DNA of 64,000 bases from Squalus acanthias (lineage: Eukaryota), in contig CM059431.1 of assembly GCA_030390025.1 (NCBI GenBank), forward strand, positions 102,612,001-102,676,000, written 5' to 3'. A model generated the notes under the pieces. That model was not told the DNA's origin. It was given only the letters and a program-made list of their open reading frames with translations, and ran no database searches. Both the position numbers and the translations under genes were made by a program. Shown piece by piece: positions 26,600 through 38,295 of this stretch. Every line of letters begins with the position of its first letter. The first letter of the stretch is position 1.

Positions 26600-29500
26600 C
26601 CCGTTTACTGCATCTTCAGTTTATTGTACTGGAAATGGAAAATAAACTATCGCAATTTGCAGAAGTGTCTTTTCACTCTATAAAAAGAAACCTGCACCTG
26701 CAACTTGCAGCTTTTAAATCTTTTTTGCAACAGTTAAAAGTCACACGATCCACCACATACCGTTGAAGATGCAGGAAGTCATCCGTAGGAAGGAACTGAG
26801 CAGCTCCCGAGTGTAGGAAAACCTCCAAACGGAGAATTTTGCTTGCATTGGGCACATCCAGCGACCTGTTCCGGTTTTCACTTGCACACCATACTTAAAC
26901 CCGACATGTAATTTACTCCATAGGGAAATCTTGTAGTTAAAAGACGAATACGAGATACATCAATTCTACGCGCGAGGGCTTGTTTCCTTCAAGTGGGACA
27001 ACTTTTATGGATCTGACAAGGTTCTGGTAAACCACTCTCTTTGCAGGGATGAACTTTTGAGAAAACTGTACTATTTGCACGATTCCAACTGCTGGTTCTA
27101 TGCAGTGGCATTTCAAAGTTAAAAAATAAAAATGTTCTTGTAACTCAACTGTCAGATATTTAAAAGCAAGCAAAATAAGACCGTAGTGACTAAAACACTT
27201 TGCTACTGCGCTCATTATTAAACCACTACAGAATGCTTCAATGTAAGACTTCAGTAATGATCTGGTATTCAGCCATGCATACATTATATTCTTAGCTCAA
27301 AAGATATAAAATCAAAAAAAAAAACCCACAATACTTAAAGTATTTGAGCACCATTCATAAAATATATATTTTTTTGCCACTTCTGCATTAGGAAAGAAGG
27401 AAATCGAGGGGATAATTTCAACTAGTTTGTAAAATTTGATCAATTCAAAGAGTTTCCATTTCTAGAGAATCAAGCGATAAATGCAATACATTTTTCCTTA
27501 ACGTGCAATACAAGAATCTGAATCACATTTGTCCGGATTGATTGCAATTCGTGATTTTGTTTTCCTTTTTGAATGTGGTGGAATTTTGAGACATCCCCAA
27601 CACGTTACAGGTGATCTTCGGGCATTCACTTCCCTCAAGCTCCATATACCACCATACCGGTTGAAAAATGTGTCCGATAGCAGACGGGAGACACTTGTGG
27701 GAATGGGAGAAGACATCCCCTTCCCCTCAGTACAGAGTCTACAAGGACTTTTCATGGGAGTCTCTAAACTTGATTGAAGATTTTTTATCCCCCAACCTCA
27801 CAGAGGCAACTTCCCCCAGCTCTTCCTTGTCCTCACCTGCAAGAACAAAGACTGGACAAGGATTTCACTTCCGCTTCTTCCCACTGAAGAAGCACTCAGC
27901 ACCTTGGGCACCTAAAAATCACGACAGTGGAGTAAGCAGACGTTTAGTACAGGATAGTTTCCCTCCTGCCAGAGCTGGCCAACGATGGCTGCTGTGCTGC
28001 TCATTTCAGCCAAGCATTTAATCTCCACAAAGGCCATCATGGCAGTCGAAAACCGGCCGCTCCCACCTTAATCACAGAAGGATTCTCAATGTCCTTATCT
28101 TGCAGGAATAGCAACATTTTCCTTTCTCTGCCCCACACAGCAAGAAACTTGCTGACTTTCTTATTTGATATATCTCTTTTCCAAATTAGCCTCTGAATCT
28201 TCTACACGGAAAAGAGCCTCGCATTCCTCCGGACCGTCCCTACGAAGTATTACAAAGAAAAAGGAGAGAAAACTGGATGCCATTTTCTCTTACTAAATGC
28301 CAAAGGTTGGACAAATAAAACAATCCCCTTCCGAAGCAGCAGAGAAGGAAAGAATTAGCCCAAACTGGTAGCTTTGTAAAGCGGTTTTCTTTTTGCAACA
28401 CGAGAGTTGAAAAGCGTTGATCTTTGAATAAACCGCAGTCTGACTGTTTAAATGTTCTCCCCTGCAACACAGAAACCAGTGAAAGTAAAAGTCCTTTGCG
28501 CACCCACCCCCCCCCTTCTTGCTGCCGAGCAACTCAAGAACACCACTAATGGTTTGCACCATCACAACTGCAGTTACTGCCCTACCCACAAAAAAAATAA
28601 AACAGTGAATTAAAGCATTCTCCTTCCTGTATGACACAAGGAACATCTTGGTCCGTCAGCTGTGGTACAGTTGATTGGTTCATTGCCCTTTCCCTCAGAC
28701 AGTAACGGAGGAACTTAATGCCCATCATCTCTCCTGCATCGTACATGAAAGGACAGCGCTGATTGTTAATGTCCACCATAATGTATTGAAAAACACTTCT
28801 TTGCTCACTGATGGAATCCTGAAGAACTGCCCTTGGTGTCACTATTCTCCTAGGTATAATGTGCACTATATAGAGTTAAAAGGTCCGCTGCTTTGCCCCC
28901 CTCCCCTCGTCTCTGAGGAACAGCACAGACTCCTTCTGTTGCAATGTGTTGCCTGGTCGCTCTCCCCACGTATGCTGCAGGTACAATAAACAACCGAAAG
29001 AATTTAGGCTCGGTTTCCCTTCCGCTGCAGGAAACATGAACCGACAACTGTCTCCTCTCCGATTTCGGTTACACAGTCGAACTCGCAGCTGACTTCTCAC
29101 CCCTTTACAATAAGCATTTAAATTCCTCAGGCAGGAAGCGGGCAGCCAGATCTGTCAAGCGTGGGCGTCCTTCTTGTATCAAATCATTCGTTTCTTCTTT
29201 TTTTTAAAAAAAAGGATTTTATTTTATAAAAGCAGTGCGTTACACAACAGGAACAGCGCTGATCCTCAAACTTCAATTTTAGTTGTAAAGCTCTTCTTGA
29301 TTTCCTCCCCTTTTTAATCAGAGCAGTACGAAATAATCTGGTTCTCCTAGGTTGACGCGGTGTCAGAAGAGATGCAATTCTTTCATAATACAACTGATTG
29401 AGTCTTGTCTTATGTTTTAAAAAAACACCTTTACTGTCGCTTTTTAAAAAAAACTGTAAACAGCAGCACTGTTTATCAAGTTAGAAAGCTCCTCTTGTTG

Positions 29501-29915
29501 ATATCTTCCCCTTTTAGAACAGCAATATGAAATAATCTAGTTGTCTCCTAGGTTAGGAGGAGGTGCAGTTCTCCCATATTAGGTCTGGTCTTAACCCAAA
29601 GCGTTTAGGCTTTACACTGCAGGACACAGGAAGAGCAGCACTGGTCATCAATCTGATATTTAGTTTTCAAGCTCCTCTTGTTGATTTTCCTCCCTTTAAA
29701 AAAAAAGAGCAATATGAAATAATCTAGTTGTCTCCTAGGTTAGAAGGAGGTGCAGTTCTCCCAGAGAGGACCGATTCAAAGTCTTGTCTTAACCCAGAAC
29801 GTTAGCGTTTTGCTTTTGCCTGCAGGACACAGGTAGAGCTGAAATAATCTAGTTGTCTCCTAGGTTAGGAGGTGGTGCAGTTCTCCCATATTAGGTCTGG
29901 TCTTAACCCAAAGCT
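26600..29915 (-). other. RAP2A: Probable RAP2A 3'UTR
   Basis: No recognisable TE between the stop codon and the minus-strand AATAAA at 26620-26625. U-rich on the sense strand. The true 3' end is unverified. Confidence 0.5.
26620..26625 (-). terminator. Candidate RAP2A polyadenylation signal
   Basis: Minus strand ccagtacAATAAActgaag. Confidence 0.4.
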
Positions 29916-29950
29916 TTACTGCAGGACACAGGAAGAGCAGCACTGGTCGT
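29288..29950 (-). repeat. About 4 imperfect tandem copies of the RAP2A stop-codon/proximal 3'UTR region
   Basis: aaataatctagttgtctcctaggtt recurs near 29331, 29530, 29717 and 29842. ctgcaggacacagg recurs near 29617, 29820 and 29919. Confidence 0.85.
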
Positions 29951-30467
29951 CCTTATCGGGCTGAGCCGCATAGTTCATCTGCCTGACGATCTCGGCGAAG
30001 AGCTCGTCCACCATGGTCTTGCTCTTGGCCGATGTCTCCATGAAGGGGCAGCCCCACTCCTCGGCCAGGGCGCGGCCTTCGGCGGCGGGGACCTCCCGCT
30101 CGCTCTCCAGGTCCACCTTGTTGCCCACCAGGACGACGGGCACCTTCTCGTAGCGTTTGACGCGGATGATCTGGTCGCGCATGGGCCGGATGTCCTGGAA
30201 GGACTGCTGGTTGACCAGGCTGTAGACCAGGATGAAGCCCTGGCCGTTCTTGATGTACAGGTCGCGCATGGAGGCAAACTGCTCGGTGCCCGCCGTGTCC
30301 AGGATCTCCAGCACCGACGGCGACGAGTCCACCTCGATCTCCTTGCGGTAAAAGTCCTCGATGGTCGGGTCATACTTCTCGATGAAGGTGCCCGTCACGA
30401 ACTGCACCGTCAGCGCCGACTTGCCCACGCCGCCGCTGCCCAGCACCACCACCTTGTACTCCCTCAT
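29916..30467 (-). CDS. RAP2A: Ras-related protein Rap-2a, 183 aa, single coding exon
   Basis: Complete Rap2 sequence: GSGGVGKS P-loop, YDPTIED effector loop, [18 protein letters not shown]-terminal CC plus CVLQ CAAX. Residues LESERE, AEEWG, SKTMVD and [10 protein letters not shown] match recalled RAP2A rather than RAP2B/C. Kozak GCAGCCATG. Lies downstream of MBNL2 on the same strand, as in human. Confidence 0.95.
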   Translation of the reverse strand: MREYKVVVLGSGGVGKSALTVQFVTGTFIEKYDPTIEDFYRKEIEVDSSPSVLEILDTAGTEQFASMRDLYIKNGQGFILVYSLVNQQSFQDIRPMRDQIIRVKRYEKVPVVLVGNKVDLESEREVPAAEGRALAEEWGCPFMETSAKSKTMVDELFAEIVRQMNYAAQPDKDDQCCSSCVLQ

Positions 30468-30478
30468 GGCTGCCCCCT

Positions 30479-30720
30479 CCCCTTTAACAATTAAAGTGGG
30501 GGGGGGGGGGGGGGGGGGGAAATAAATAAAAAAATACCCTCCCCTTTAACAATTAAAGTCGGGGGGTGGGGGGAGAACCTTCCCTTTAACAATTAAAAGC
30601 CGGAGGGTATATATTAAAAATCTCCCCAATTAAAGTCGGGGGGGGGGGGGGGGGGGGGACACACCTCCCCTTTAACAATTAAAAAAAGTCGGAGGGTAAA
30701 AAATACAATTAAAGGGGAAG
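30479..30720. repeat. Hairpin minisatellite cccctttaacaattaaagt(c)gggg with poly-G runs
   Basis: Full or partial units near 30479, 30541, 30582, 30624, 30667 and 30706. Confidence 0.85.
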
Positions 30721-31084
30721 TTATGTCGAAATCCCCCCGCGCGCACACACCAGAAAAAAACGCGTTTTCTTTAAAGGTTTCCCCCCCCTCAGAGCCGCCG
30801 TCGGGAGGGGATCCAGACAAAGGCCTCTCCGGGGCGGCCTCGCCTCAGAGGGAAAGGCGGCGCCTCTCCGCCTCCTCCCGCCGCCGCCGCGCCTTCTCTC
30901 TCATGGAAAACAACCCCGACTTCGCCTCATATCCCCGCGCCCCATTTTGGGGGGTTTTATTTCGAAGTCAGTCACTCTCTGTCTCTGTCTCGCGCTTTTC
31001 ACCCGCCGCCTTCCTGCAGCTCCTCCGCCATCCTTCCCCTCTCTCTCTCTCTCTCTCTCCGGGGCCAGGCGGGCGGGGACTCGC

Positions 31085-31460
31085 GTTCTCGTTCGCTCTC
31101 TCGCTCGCAGCCTCTTATGTGACGCTCTCCGGCCACCGTAGCGGATGTCCCGCCCCCTTCCCCCCAACCCTGCAAACAGCTGTCGATCAATAGCAGGCCG
31201 GCCAATCGCCGCGCTCGAATTCTGGCGGACACGCCCCCTCCCTCTACCAATTGTCTCGACTGTCGATCAAGATCCTGCCGACCAATCACCGCGCCGCCTT
31301 CAGCCAGCCGCGCCCCTCCTCGCTCCGCGCGACGCCCTGCCAGCCAATCAGCGGTTAAGCGCTCATGGGGGGGCGGGGCCTTCTCCCCCAACCCACCAAC
31401 CAACCACCGCGCAGCTCCGGGATTGGTCCAGGCGCCTGCCGCCGGCAGCCAATGGGCAAA
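31085..31460 (-). promoter_or_regulatory. RAP2A promoter: CpG island with multiple CCAAT and GC boxes
   Basis: CCAAT at 31202, 31247, 31282, 31344, 31449 and ATTGG at 31422. GC boxes near 31149 and 31370. TGACG half-CRE next to a TATA-like CATAAGA at about 31113-31124. Confidence 0.75.
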
Positions 31461-31782
31461 GAGCAGTCACCCAGTGCGCTGTAACAAAAAAAACACACTG
31501 TTGCAACTTTTCAACATGAGCAACTTTCATCCAACTGCTTTTGCACCTTGCAAAAACAGAGTCAATGAATAACAACCTAGTTTATTACATAGGATATAGG
31601 ACACAGAAACAGGCCATTCAGCCCAACCCGTCCATGCTGGTGTTTATGCTCCACTCGAGCCTCCTCCGGTCTTTCCTCATCTAACTCTATCAGCACAACC
31701 CTCTATTCCCTTCTCCCTCATATCTTATCCAGCCTCCCCTTAAATGCATCTATACTATTCGCTTGAACCACTCCCTGTGGTT

Positions 31783-31940
31783 CAAAGATGTGCGGGTTAG
31801 GTTGATTTGGCTATGATAAATTGACCCTTAGTGTTAGGGGGATTAAATACGTGGGGTTACGGGGATAGGGTGGGATATGTGTCGGTGCAGGCTTGATGGG
31901 CCGAAATGGCCTCTATCTGCACTGTGGGGATTCTGTGATT
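31783..31940 (+). mobile_element. V-SINE (HE1-like) 3' fragment nested in CR1
   Basis: caaagatgtgcgggttaggttgatt...taaattgaccc V-domain-like core with CR1-derived tail. Flanked by ctgtggt duplication. Confidence 0.7.
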
Positions 31941-32332
31941 CTGTGGTAGCGAGTTCCACATTCTCACCACTCTCCGGGTAAAGAAGTTTCTTCTGAATTC
32001 CCTATTGGATTTGTTGGTGACTGTCTTATATTGATGGCCTCTAGTTATGCTCTTCCCCACAAGTGGAAACACTCTCTCTGTATCCACTCTATCAAAACCT
32101 TTCATAATTTTAAAGACCTCTATTAGATCACCCCTCAGCCTTCTGTTTTCAAGAGAAAAAAGACCCAGCCTGTTCATCCTTTCCTGATAGGTATTCCCTC
32201 GCATTTCTGGTATCATCCTTGTAAATCTTCTCTGCACCCTCACCAGATGCCTCTATATCCTTTTTATAATATGCCGACCAGAATTGTACGCAGTACTTCG
32301 CGCAAGTGTGGTCTAACCAAGGTTCGATACAA

Positions 32333-32428
32333 AATAACAACAGAAAACGCTGGAAAACTCAGCAGGCCAGGCAGCATCCGTGGAGAGAGAAACAGAGTTA
32401 ACGTTTCAGGTCGAAGACCTTTCGTCAG
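32333..32428 (-). mobile_element. Short Penelope-type insert starting at a hammerhead core, 9-bp TSD
   Basis: TSD tcgatacaa at 32324-32332 and 32429-32437. Begins CTGACGAaaggtcttcgacctGAAAcgttaac. Confidence 0.82.
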
Positions 32429-33204
32429 TCGATACAAGATTAGCATAACTTCTCTACTTTTCAATTCTATCCCTCTAGAAAAAAAGCTTGCTTTGCTTTT
32501 TTTTATGGCCTTGTTAACCTGTGTCGCTACTTTTAGTGATTTGTGTATTTGTACTCCGAGATCCCTTTGCTCTTCTACCCCACTTAGATTTGTATTTTCC
32601 AAGTAATATGTGACCTCCCTATTTTTCTTACCAAAATGTAATACCTCATATTTATCTGTGTTGAATTTCATTTTCCAATTATATGCCCATTGTTCAAATT
32701 TATTAATGTCGTCTTCTAATTTGTTGCAGTCCTCCTCAGTATTAACTATCCCCCCCATTTGGTGTCATCTGCAAATTTAGAAATTGTGTTTTTGATTCCA
32801 AAGTCTAAATAGTTAATATAAATTGTGAACAACAGTGGTCCCAGCACCGATCCTTGGGGAACACCACTTCCTACCTTCTGCCACTCTGAATAGCTACCCT
32901 TTACCCCTACTCTCTGTTTTCTGTCTTGAAGCTAGCTAGCTATCCATTCTGCTACTTGTCCCCTGACTCCACATGCTCTGACCTTATTCATTAATCTATT
33001 GTGTGGTACCCTATCGAAGGCCTTTTGAAAATCTAGATAAATTACATCTACTGCATTACCCCTGTCTACTCTCTCTGTTACCTCTTCAAAAAATTAAATT
33101 AGGTTGTTCAAGCAAGACTTTTCCTTTTGAGATCCATGCTGACGACTCATTATATTTTTGCTTTCCAGATGCTCTTCTTTGTTATTTATAATGCCTGCAA
33201 ATTA

Positions 33205-33397
33205 CATAGAATTTTACAGCACAGAAACAGGCCATCCAACCCAACCGGTCCATGCTGGTGTTTATGCTCCACACGAGCCTCCTCCCACCCCTCTTGATCT
33301 CATCCTATCAGCATATCCTTCTATTCCTTTCTCCCTTATGTGTTTATCTAGCTTCCCCTTAAATGCATCTATGCTATTCGCCTCAACCACTCCATGT
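33205..33397 (-). mobile_element. CR1 3' tail
   Basis: Same subfamily as 31595. Confidence 0.75.
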
Positions 33398-33943
33398 TAG
33401 GGTTGCCAACCCTTGTCCTGGAGTCTCCAGGAATTGAAGATTAATCTCCAGGACACTGCTTCACTTTCGTTAAACACTTTAAATTTATTAGTTATAAAAA
33501 TGTTGGAGATGGGGGAAAAAGGCAGTCTCACTGACAGTCAAGAAGCATCCATTCGTGCAACCAAGAGTCTTTTCACTTTGCCAATTGGTGCGGGAACGCG
33601 GGGCACCGCGAGGATGGACATGTTGGGGGACCAATGGTGGGAGTGTGCGGACAGGGGCTCGTGTGATGGAACCTCCAGAGTTGGCACCCAGTCTCCATGT
33701 GGTAGGAGGCTTCTGGAATTGAGGATTCATGTCTGGGCCACTACTGCGAGCAATCCCGAGAGAAAAATAAAATCACAGGGGGCATAAAAAAAAAGGTGCA
33801 TTTTGTTTTTCATTTTCTTTGCACACTTTCATTTATTAGTTATAAATGTATAGAAGTTGGAGAAATAAATGCTGTTTGACCGGGGGGGTGGAAGATCATG
33901 TGATGAAACCCCCAGGAATACGTCCACGCAGAGTTGGCAACCT
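33398..33943 (+). mobile_element. Two adjacent non-autonomous hAT elements
   Basis: TIR tagggttgccaac. First copy 33398-33692 is flanked by 8-bp ctccatgt. Second, left-truncated copy ends gagttggcaacc. Confidence 0.75.
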
Positions 33944-34439
33944 GAGCTGGTCCGGTGCAGTTTGTTCTTTCCCGGCTACTTCCCGACACAGCTGGTCCCA
34001 CACAGCCATCCCGGAGCGCGACGGTACACACAATACGTTTCAGCGACACAGGGCATCGCGCCACCATTGCAACCTCGCTGTTAGAAAGCGTTTCAGTGAC
34101 AGGGGAGGGAGTTTAGTTGGATGTGGGAAGAGACACTACCCACAGGTAAAACACAATGAAAACCAACAGACACCATGGAGTGATGTTGACTTTCCCGTCA
34201 ACACAAACTCTCAATGATCTAAAACTCATAAACCACCGCTCGCACATTATTCGCATCGCTTACATTGCTGAAGCTTGCCCTCATACCAAACAATTCTTCT
34301 CTCTACACAGATGCGGCCGGACCTGCTGTGATTTCCAACAAAAAAAGTTTTTTGTTTTCCATACAGACCCCAGCATCTGCCACATTGTCTTTGATGTAAT
34401 GTTTTCCTGACTGACCTGTTTGGACACCATCCACACCTT

Positions 34440-34682
34440 TGATTGCCATGATTGTCTCTCTGCCGAGGTGTGATAAAGGGCAGTTGGAAAGATTAAATGT
34501 AATCATCTGGCAGTATTCTCTGACTATATATGCTGTGCCTATATGCATCTCTTCACTTCACCTGACGAAGGAGCAGCGCTCTGAAAGCTTGTGATTTCAA
34601 ATAAAGCTGTTGGACTATAACCTGGTGTTGTGCGACTTCTCACATTTGTCCACCCCAGTCCAACACCGGCATCTCCACATCA
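34440..34682 (+). mobile_element. Penelope pLTR fragment with hammerhead motif at 34558-34594
   Basis: tcac-CUGACGA-a-ggagc(agc)gctct-GAAA-gctt-gtga. Downstream sequence matches 19335-19395 plus tail. Confidence 0.8.
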
Positions 34683-35734
34683 ATTCTTCTCTCCTCAGCA
34701 GTTCTCCACTCTAACCAATGCCAACACTTCTGACAATCCCAGACTGGATCCAAGAAACAAGTCTCCGTCTCACCTCTGACCTCTCATTCTCCAATGCATT
34801 CTTTCCTGTCTTCCGATTTCATCAATACTGTATTATGGTCACGTCAACTTTCTTGTTCCTTCTGAATTCCGGATATATCTACACGTCTTCCGCCTGCTTT
34901 GCATCTTCCCTGTGCTGAAAGCAAGCCTTGTCTCCATGTCTCCCACTCCAACTAATTCTTTCCCAGAACCTCGTAACTTTGGAGCTGCACGCCTGTGGTT
35001 TGGGCCTGTGCACTTTCTTTGCCTCCTGGTTCTTGGAACTTCTCGCCTAACAACTGCTGGCACAAAACCACAACACTCAACTACAGGGGAACCCAATCTT
35101 TACAATAACATTTGCAAACTGCCGGCAAGTGTAATGTGATCGGACGGATGTCACGTGGTCAAACCTCCAGGATCACGCCCAGCAAGAGTTTGCATCCCTG
35201 CCAGGTTCGTATGCTTATTTAAGGGGCTGTCACTTTGAAATGGAGCCCAAACTAAAAGTTTGCAATTCATTGGCTGTGAAGTACTTTGGACGATATAAAT
35301 GCAAGTTCTATCCTCTTTCTCCTTCTTCAGTCTAAAATTGTAGACGGGATTCGGGCAGCACATCTAGCCCACAGCACCATTCGAGGATAATGGATACTGG
35401 AATGTGACTACAAGGTAATGAACTTGTCAGAGAACTAAAGTAACATCATAACACATTAAAAAGGCAGGATTGGGTAGCCTGGACAAATACCAATCTTCAT
35501 AGCCAAGCAAAACATCAAAAATAATTTCTAAAAATACAATCTTTAGACAAACAGATCTCCCAGGATCTCAGAATTAGATTATAGCCTTAAAAGCACTCCC
35601 ACCTATATTTTTAATTCTTGAACTAGATTTAATAATATATATACTTTTAATATATAGTTTCTCTTTCGACTTTGTTTTGGTCTTTTTCCATCCCAACAGC
35701 AGCTGTCTGTATCAACAATACCTGCTATTATTTA

Positions 35735-36040
35735 AACCCTCCGTGGCCTCGCCCCTCCCCATCTCTCTAACCTCCTCTGATTTCCATCACCCCACCATTG
35801 GTGGCTGCGCCTTCAGCTGCCTAGGTCCTAAGCTCTGGAATTCCCTCTCTAAACCTCTCCGCCTCTCTCTCCTACTTTAAGTCGATCCTTAAAACCTACC
35901 TCTTTGACCAAACTTTTGGTCACCTGTCCTAATATCTCCTTATGTGTCTCGGTGTCAAATTTTGTTTGATAATCGCTCCTGTGAAGAGCCTTGGGACGTT
36001 TTACTACGTTAAAGACGCTGTATAAATACAAGTTCTTGTA
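35735..36040 (+). mobile_element. L2 3' fragment
   Basis: GGCAFSCLGPKLWNSL plus tail. Confidence 0.8.
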
Positions 36041-36244
36041 GTGGGTTAAAGTTTACTTTTTTTTAAAAGTTTAGGAGTTGCCAGATTACATGGGAAGGTT
36101 CACAAAACGTAAGTTTTATAACCTTTCCCTGGAGCAGTAATTTAATTTGATTTTAAATTTATTCCCTTTAATTTCACTGTTGAATGAGTTTACTTTCTGG
36201 TGCAAGAATTTTGTGAGCCAGCTGTTCTTTGCAAAAATCAGATA

Positions 36245-36915
36245 GAAACATAGAAAAATAGGAGCAGCAGTAGGTCATTCGGCCTTTTGAGCCTGCTCCG
36301 CCATTCAATATGATCATGACTGATCCTCGATCTCAATACCATATTCCCGCTCTCTCCCCATACCCCTTGATGCCTCTTGTGTCTAGAAATCTATCTATCT
36401 CCTTCTTAAATATATTCAGTAGGCCTTTTGAACTTCCAGCCACAGAACTGAGTATGCAGTCAATCTTGCAAACATGACCTGGTGTGACATTAGGATATTA
36501 CTCCAGAATCATAGGATGATACGGCGCAGAAGGAGGCTATTCGGCCCATCGTGCCTGTGCCGGCTCTTTGAAAGAGCTCTCCAATTAGTCCCACTCCCCC
36601 TGCCCTTTCCCCATATCCCTGCAAATTTTTCCCCTTCAAGTCCATATCCAATTCCCTTTTGAAAGTTACTAATGAATCTGCTTCCACCACCCTTTTGGGA
36701 AGTGCATTCCAGATCATAACAACTCACTGCATAAAAAAAATGTCTCATCTCCCCTCTGGTTCTTTTGCCAATTACCTTAAATCTGTGTCCACTGGTTACC
36801 GACCCTCCTGCCACAGGAAACAGCTTCTCCTTATTTACCCTACCAAAACCCTTCATGATGTGGAACACCTCTATTAAATTTCCCCTTAACCTTCTCTGCT
36901 CTAAGGAGAACAACT
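36245..36915 (-). mobile_element. Two CR1 3' fragments
   Basis: [16 protein letters not shown] and IWNALP, plus tails. Confidence 0.8.
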
Positions 36916-37254
36916 TCTTTTGAGGGATCAAGTTTTTGAGTAAAATTAAAAAAAAAAAAATAAATACTATTAGATATTCTGTGACAGGATGCAGGGCCAA
37001 GAGTGGAGTAGTTTGGGGCAGAATGAAGCAAGGAGATGGGGAAAGAAGCTGATGGGCTTCTTTTCACTCTCCTACAATCCCTGCACCACACTTCATTCTC
37101 CTTCCTTCTCCTCATACTCACCACTATTGCAACCATCACTTCCCCACACCTCACATTTTACACTCCGCATACCAGCTATTTGATCCTGACAGGTAAATTC
37201 TCTGAACATCTCACAAGGATGTCATTAACACACACCTTTCTTGCAGGAAGAAAG

Positions 37255-38295
37255 AATGAACCTGCATTTCTCCAGCGCCTTTCACAACCTCAGGACGTCC
37301 CAAAGCGCTTTACAGCCAATGAAGTACTTTTTGAAGTGTGGTCACAGTTGTAATGTTGGGGAAGGCAGCAATCAATTTGCACACAGCAAGCTCCCACAAA
37401 CATCACTGACTGACCAGGTCAAGTTTTAGATGCTGGTATAGGGATGAATATTGGCCAGGACACCGGGGTGAATTCCCCTGCTCTTCTTCAAAATAGTGCC
37501 ATGGGATCTTACGAGAGGGAAGACGGGGCCTCTGTGTAACATCCCATCCAAAAGACGACACCTCAGATAGTACTGCCCTGGCAGTGTCAGCCTAGATTTT
37601 ATGCTCAAGTTGTGCTCATAGAATTCAAAAGTAGTGAAGTTATGTTAAACTTGTATAGGACCCTGGTCAGGTCAGGCTGCACTTAAGAGTATTGCACACA
37701 GTTCTGGTCTCCATACTATAAAAAGGACATAGAAGCACGGGAGAAAGTGTAAAATAATTTACAGGGATAGTACCAGAACCGCTATCGAGAAAGATTGAAG
37801 AGGTTGGGGCTTTTTTCTTTAGAAAAGAGAAGACTTAGAGGTGACCTGGTAGAATTCTTTAAAATTATGAATGGGTTGGACAGGGTAGATGTGGAGAGAA
37901 TGTTTCCACTTGTGGGAACATCCAAAACCAGGGGCCTTAAATACAAGGTAGCTACTAATAAATCCAGTAGGGAAATAAGAAGAAATTTCTTTACTCAGAG
38001 TGTGGTTAGAATGTGGAACTCGCGACCACAGGAAGTGGTTGAGCCGAATAGCTTAGATGTTTTCAAAAGGAAACTAGACGAGTGCATGAGAGAAAAGGGA
38101 ATAGAAAGATGCGCTGAGAGGCTGAGATGAGGCAGATGGAATGGGAGGAGACTTGTGTGGAGTATAAACACCAGCACGGACTAGTTGGGCCGAATGGCCT
38201 GTTTCTGTGCTGTATATTCTATGCAAGTCTCTGGAGTGGGACTTGAACCCACAAACTTCTGACTCAGAAGCGAGAGTGCTGCCCACCGAGCCACG
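37255..38295 (-). mobile_element. Deu-core SINE split by a plus-strand CR1 fragment (about 37615-38222)
   Basis: SINE body 37255-37610 and head 38225-38295, with caagt at both junctions. CR1 translation LFSLEKRRLRGDL. Confidence 0.8.

Larger units (their letters stand above)
29940..31480. promoter_or_regulatory. CpG island over RAP2A CDS, leader and promoter
   Basis: Visibly GC- and CpG-dense against an AT-rich background. Confidence 0.8.
31595..33180 (-). mobile_element. CR1 LINE fragment (RT) with two nested insertions
   Basis: Minus strand encodes GVPQGSVLGP and KFADDTK-type motifs, plus [12 protein letters not shown]. Confidence 0.88.

Noticed and set aside
27825..27845. Donor-like cag|gtgagg in the RAP2A 3'UTR suggesting a UTR intron
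   Set aside because: Single motif with no matched acceptor. Such motifs occur by chance.
29916..30467. RAP2 processed pseudogene, or RAP2B/RAP2C identity
   Set aside because: Intact ORF, Kozak context, CpG-island promoter, no poly(A) or TSD. It has RAP2A-type residues and sits next to MBNL2.
29975..31519. Overlapping 120-156-aa ORFs around RAP2A
   Set aside because: Expected by-products of GC-rich, stop-poor sequence.
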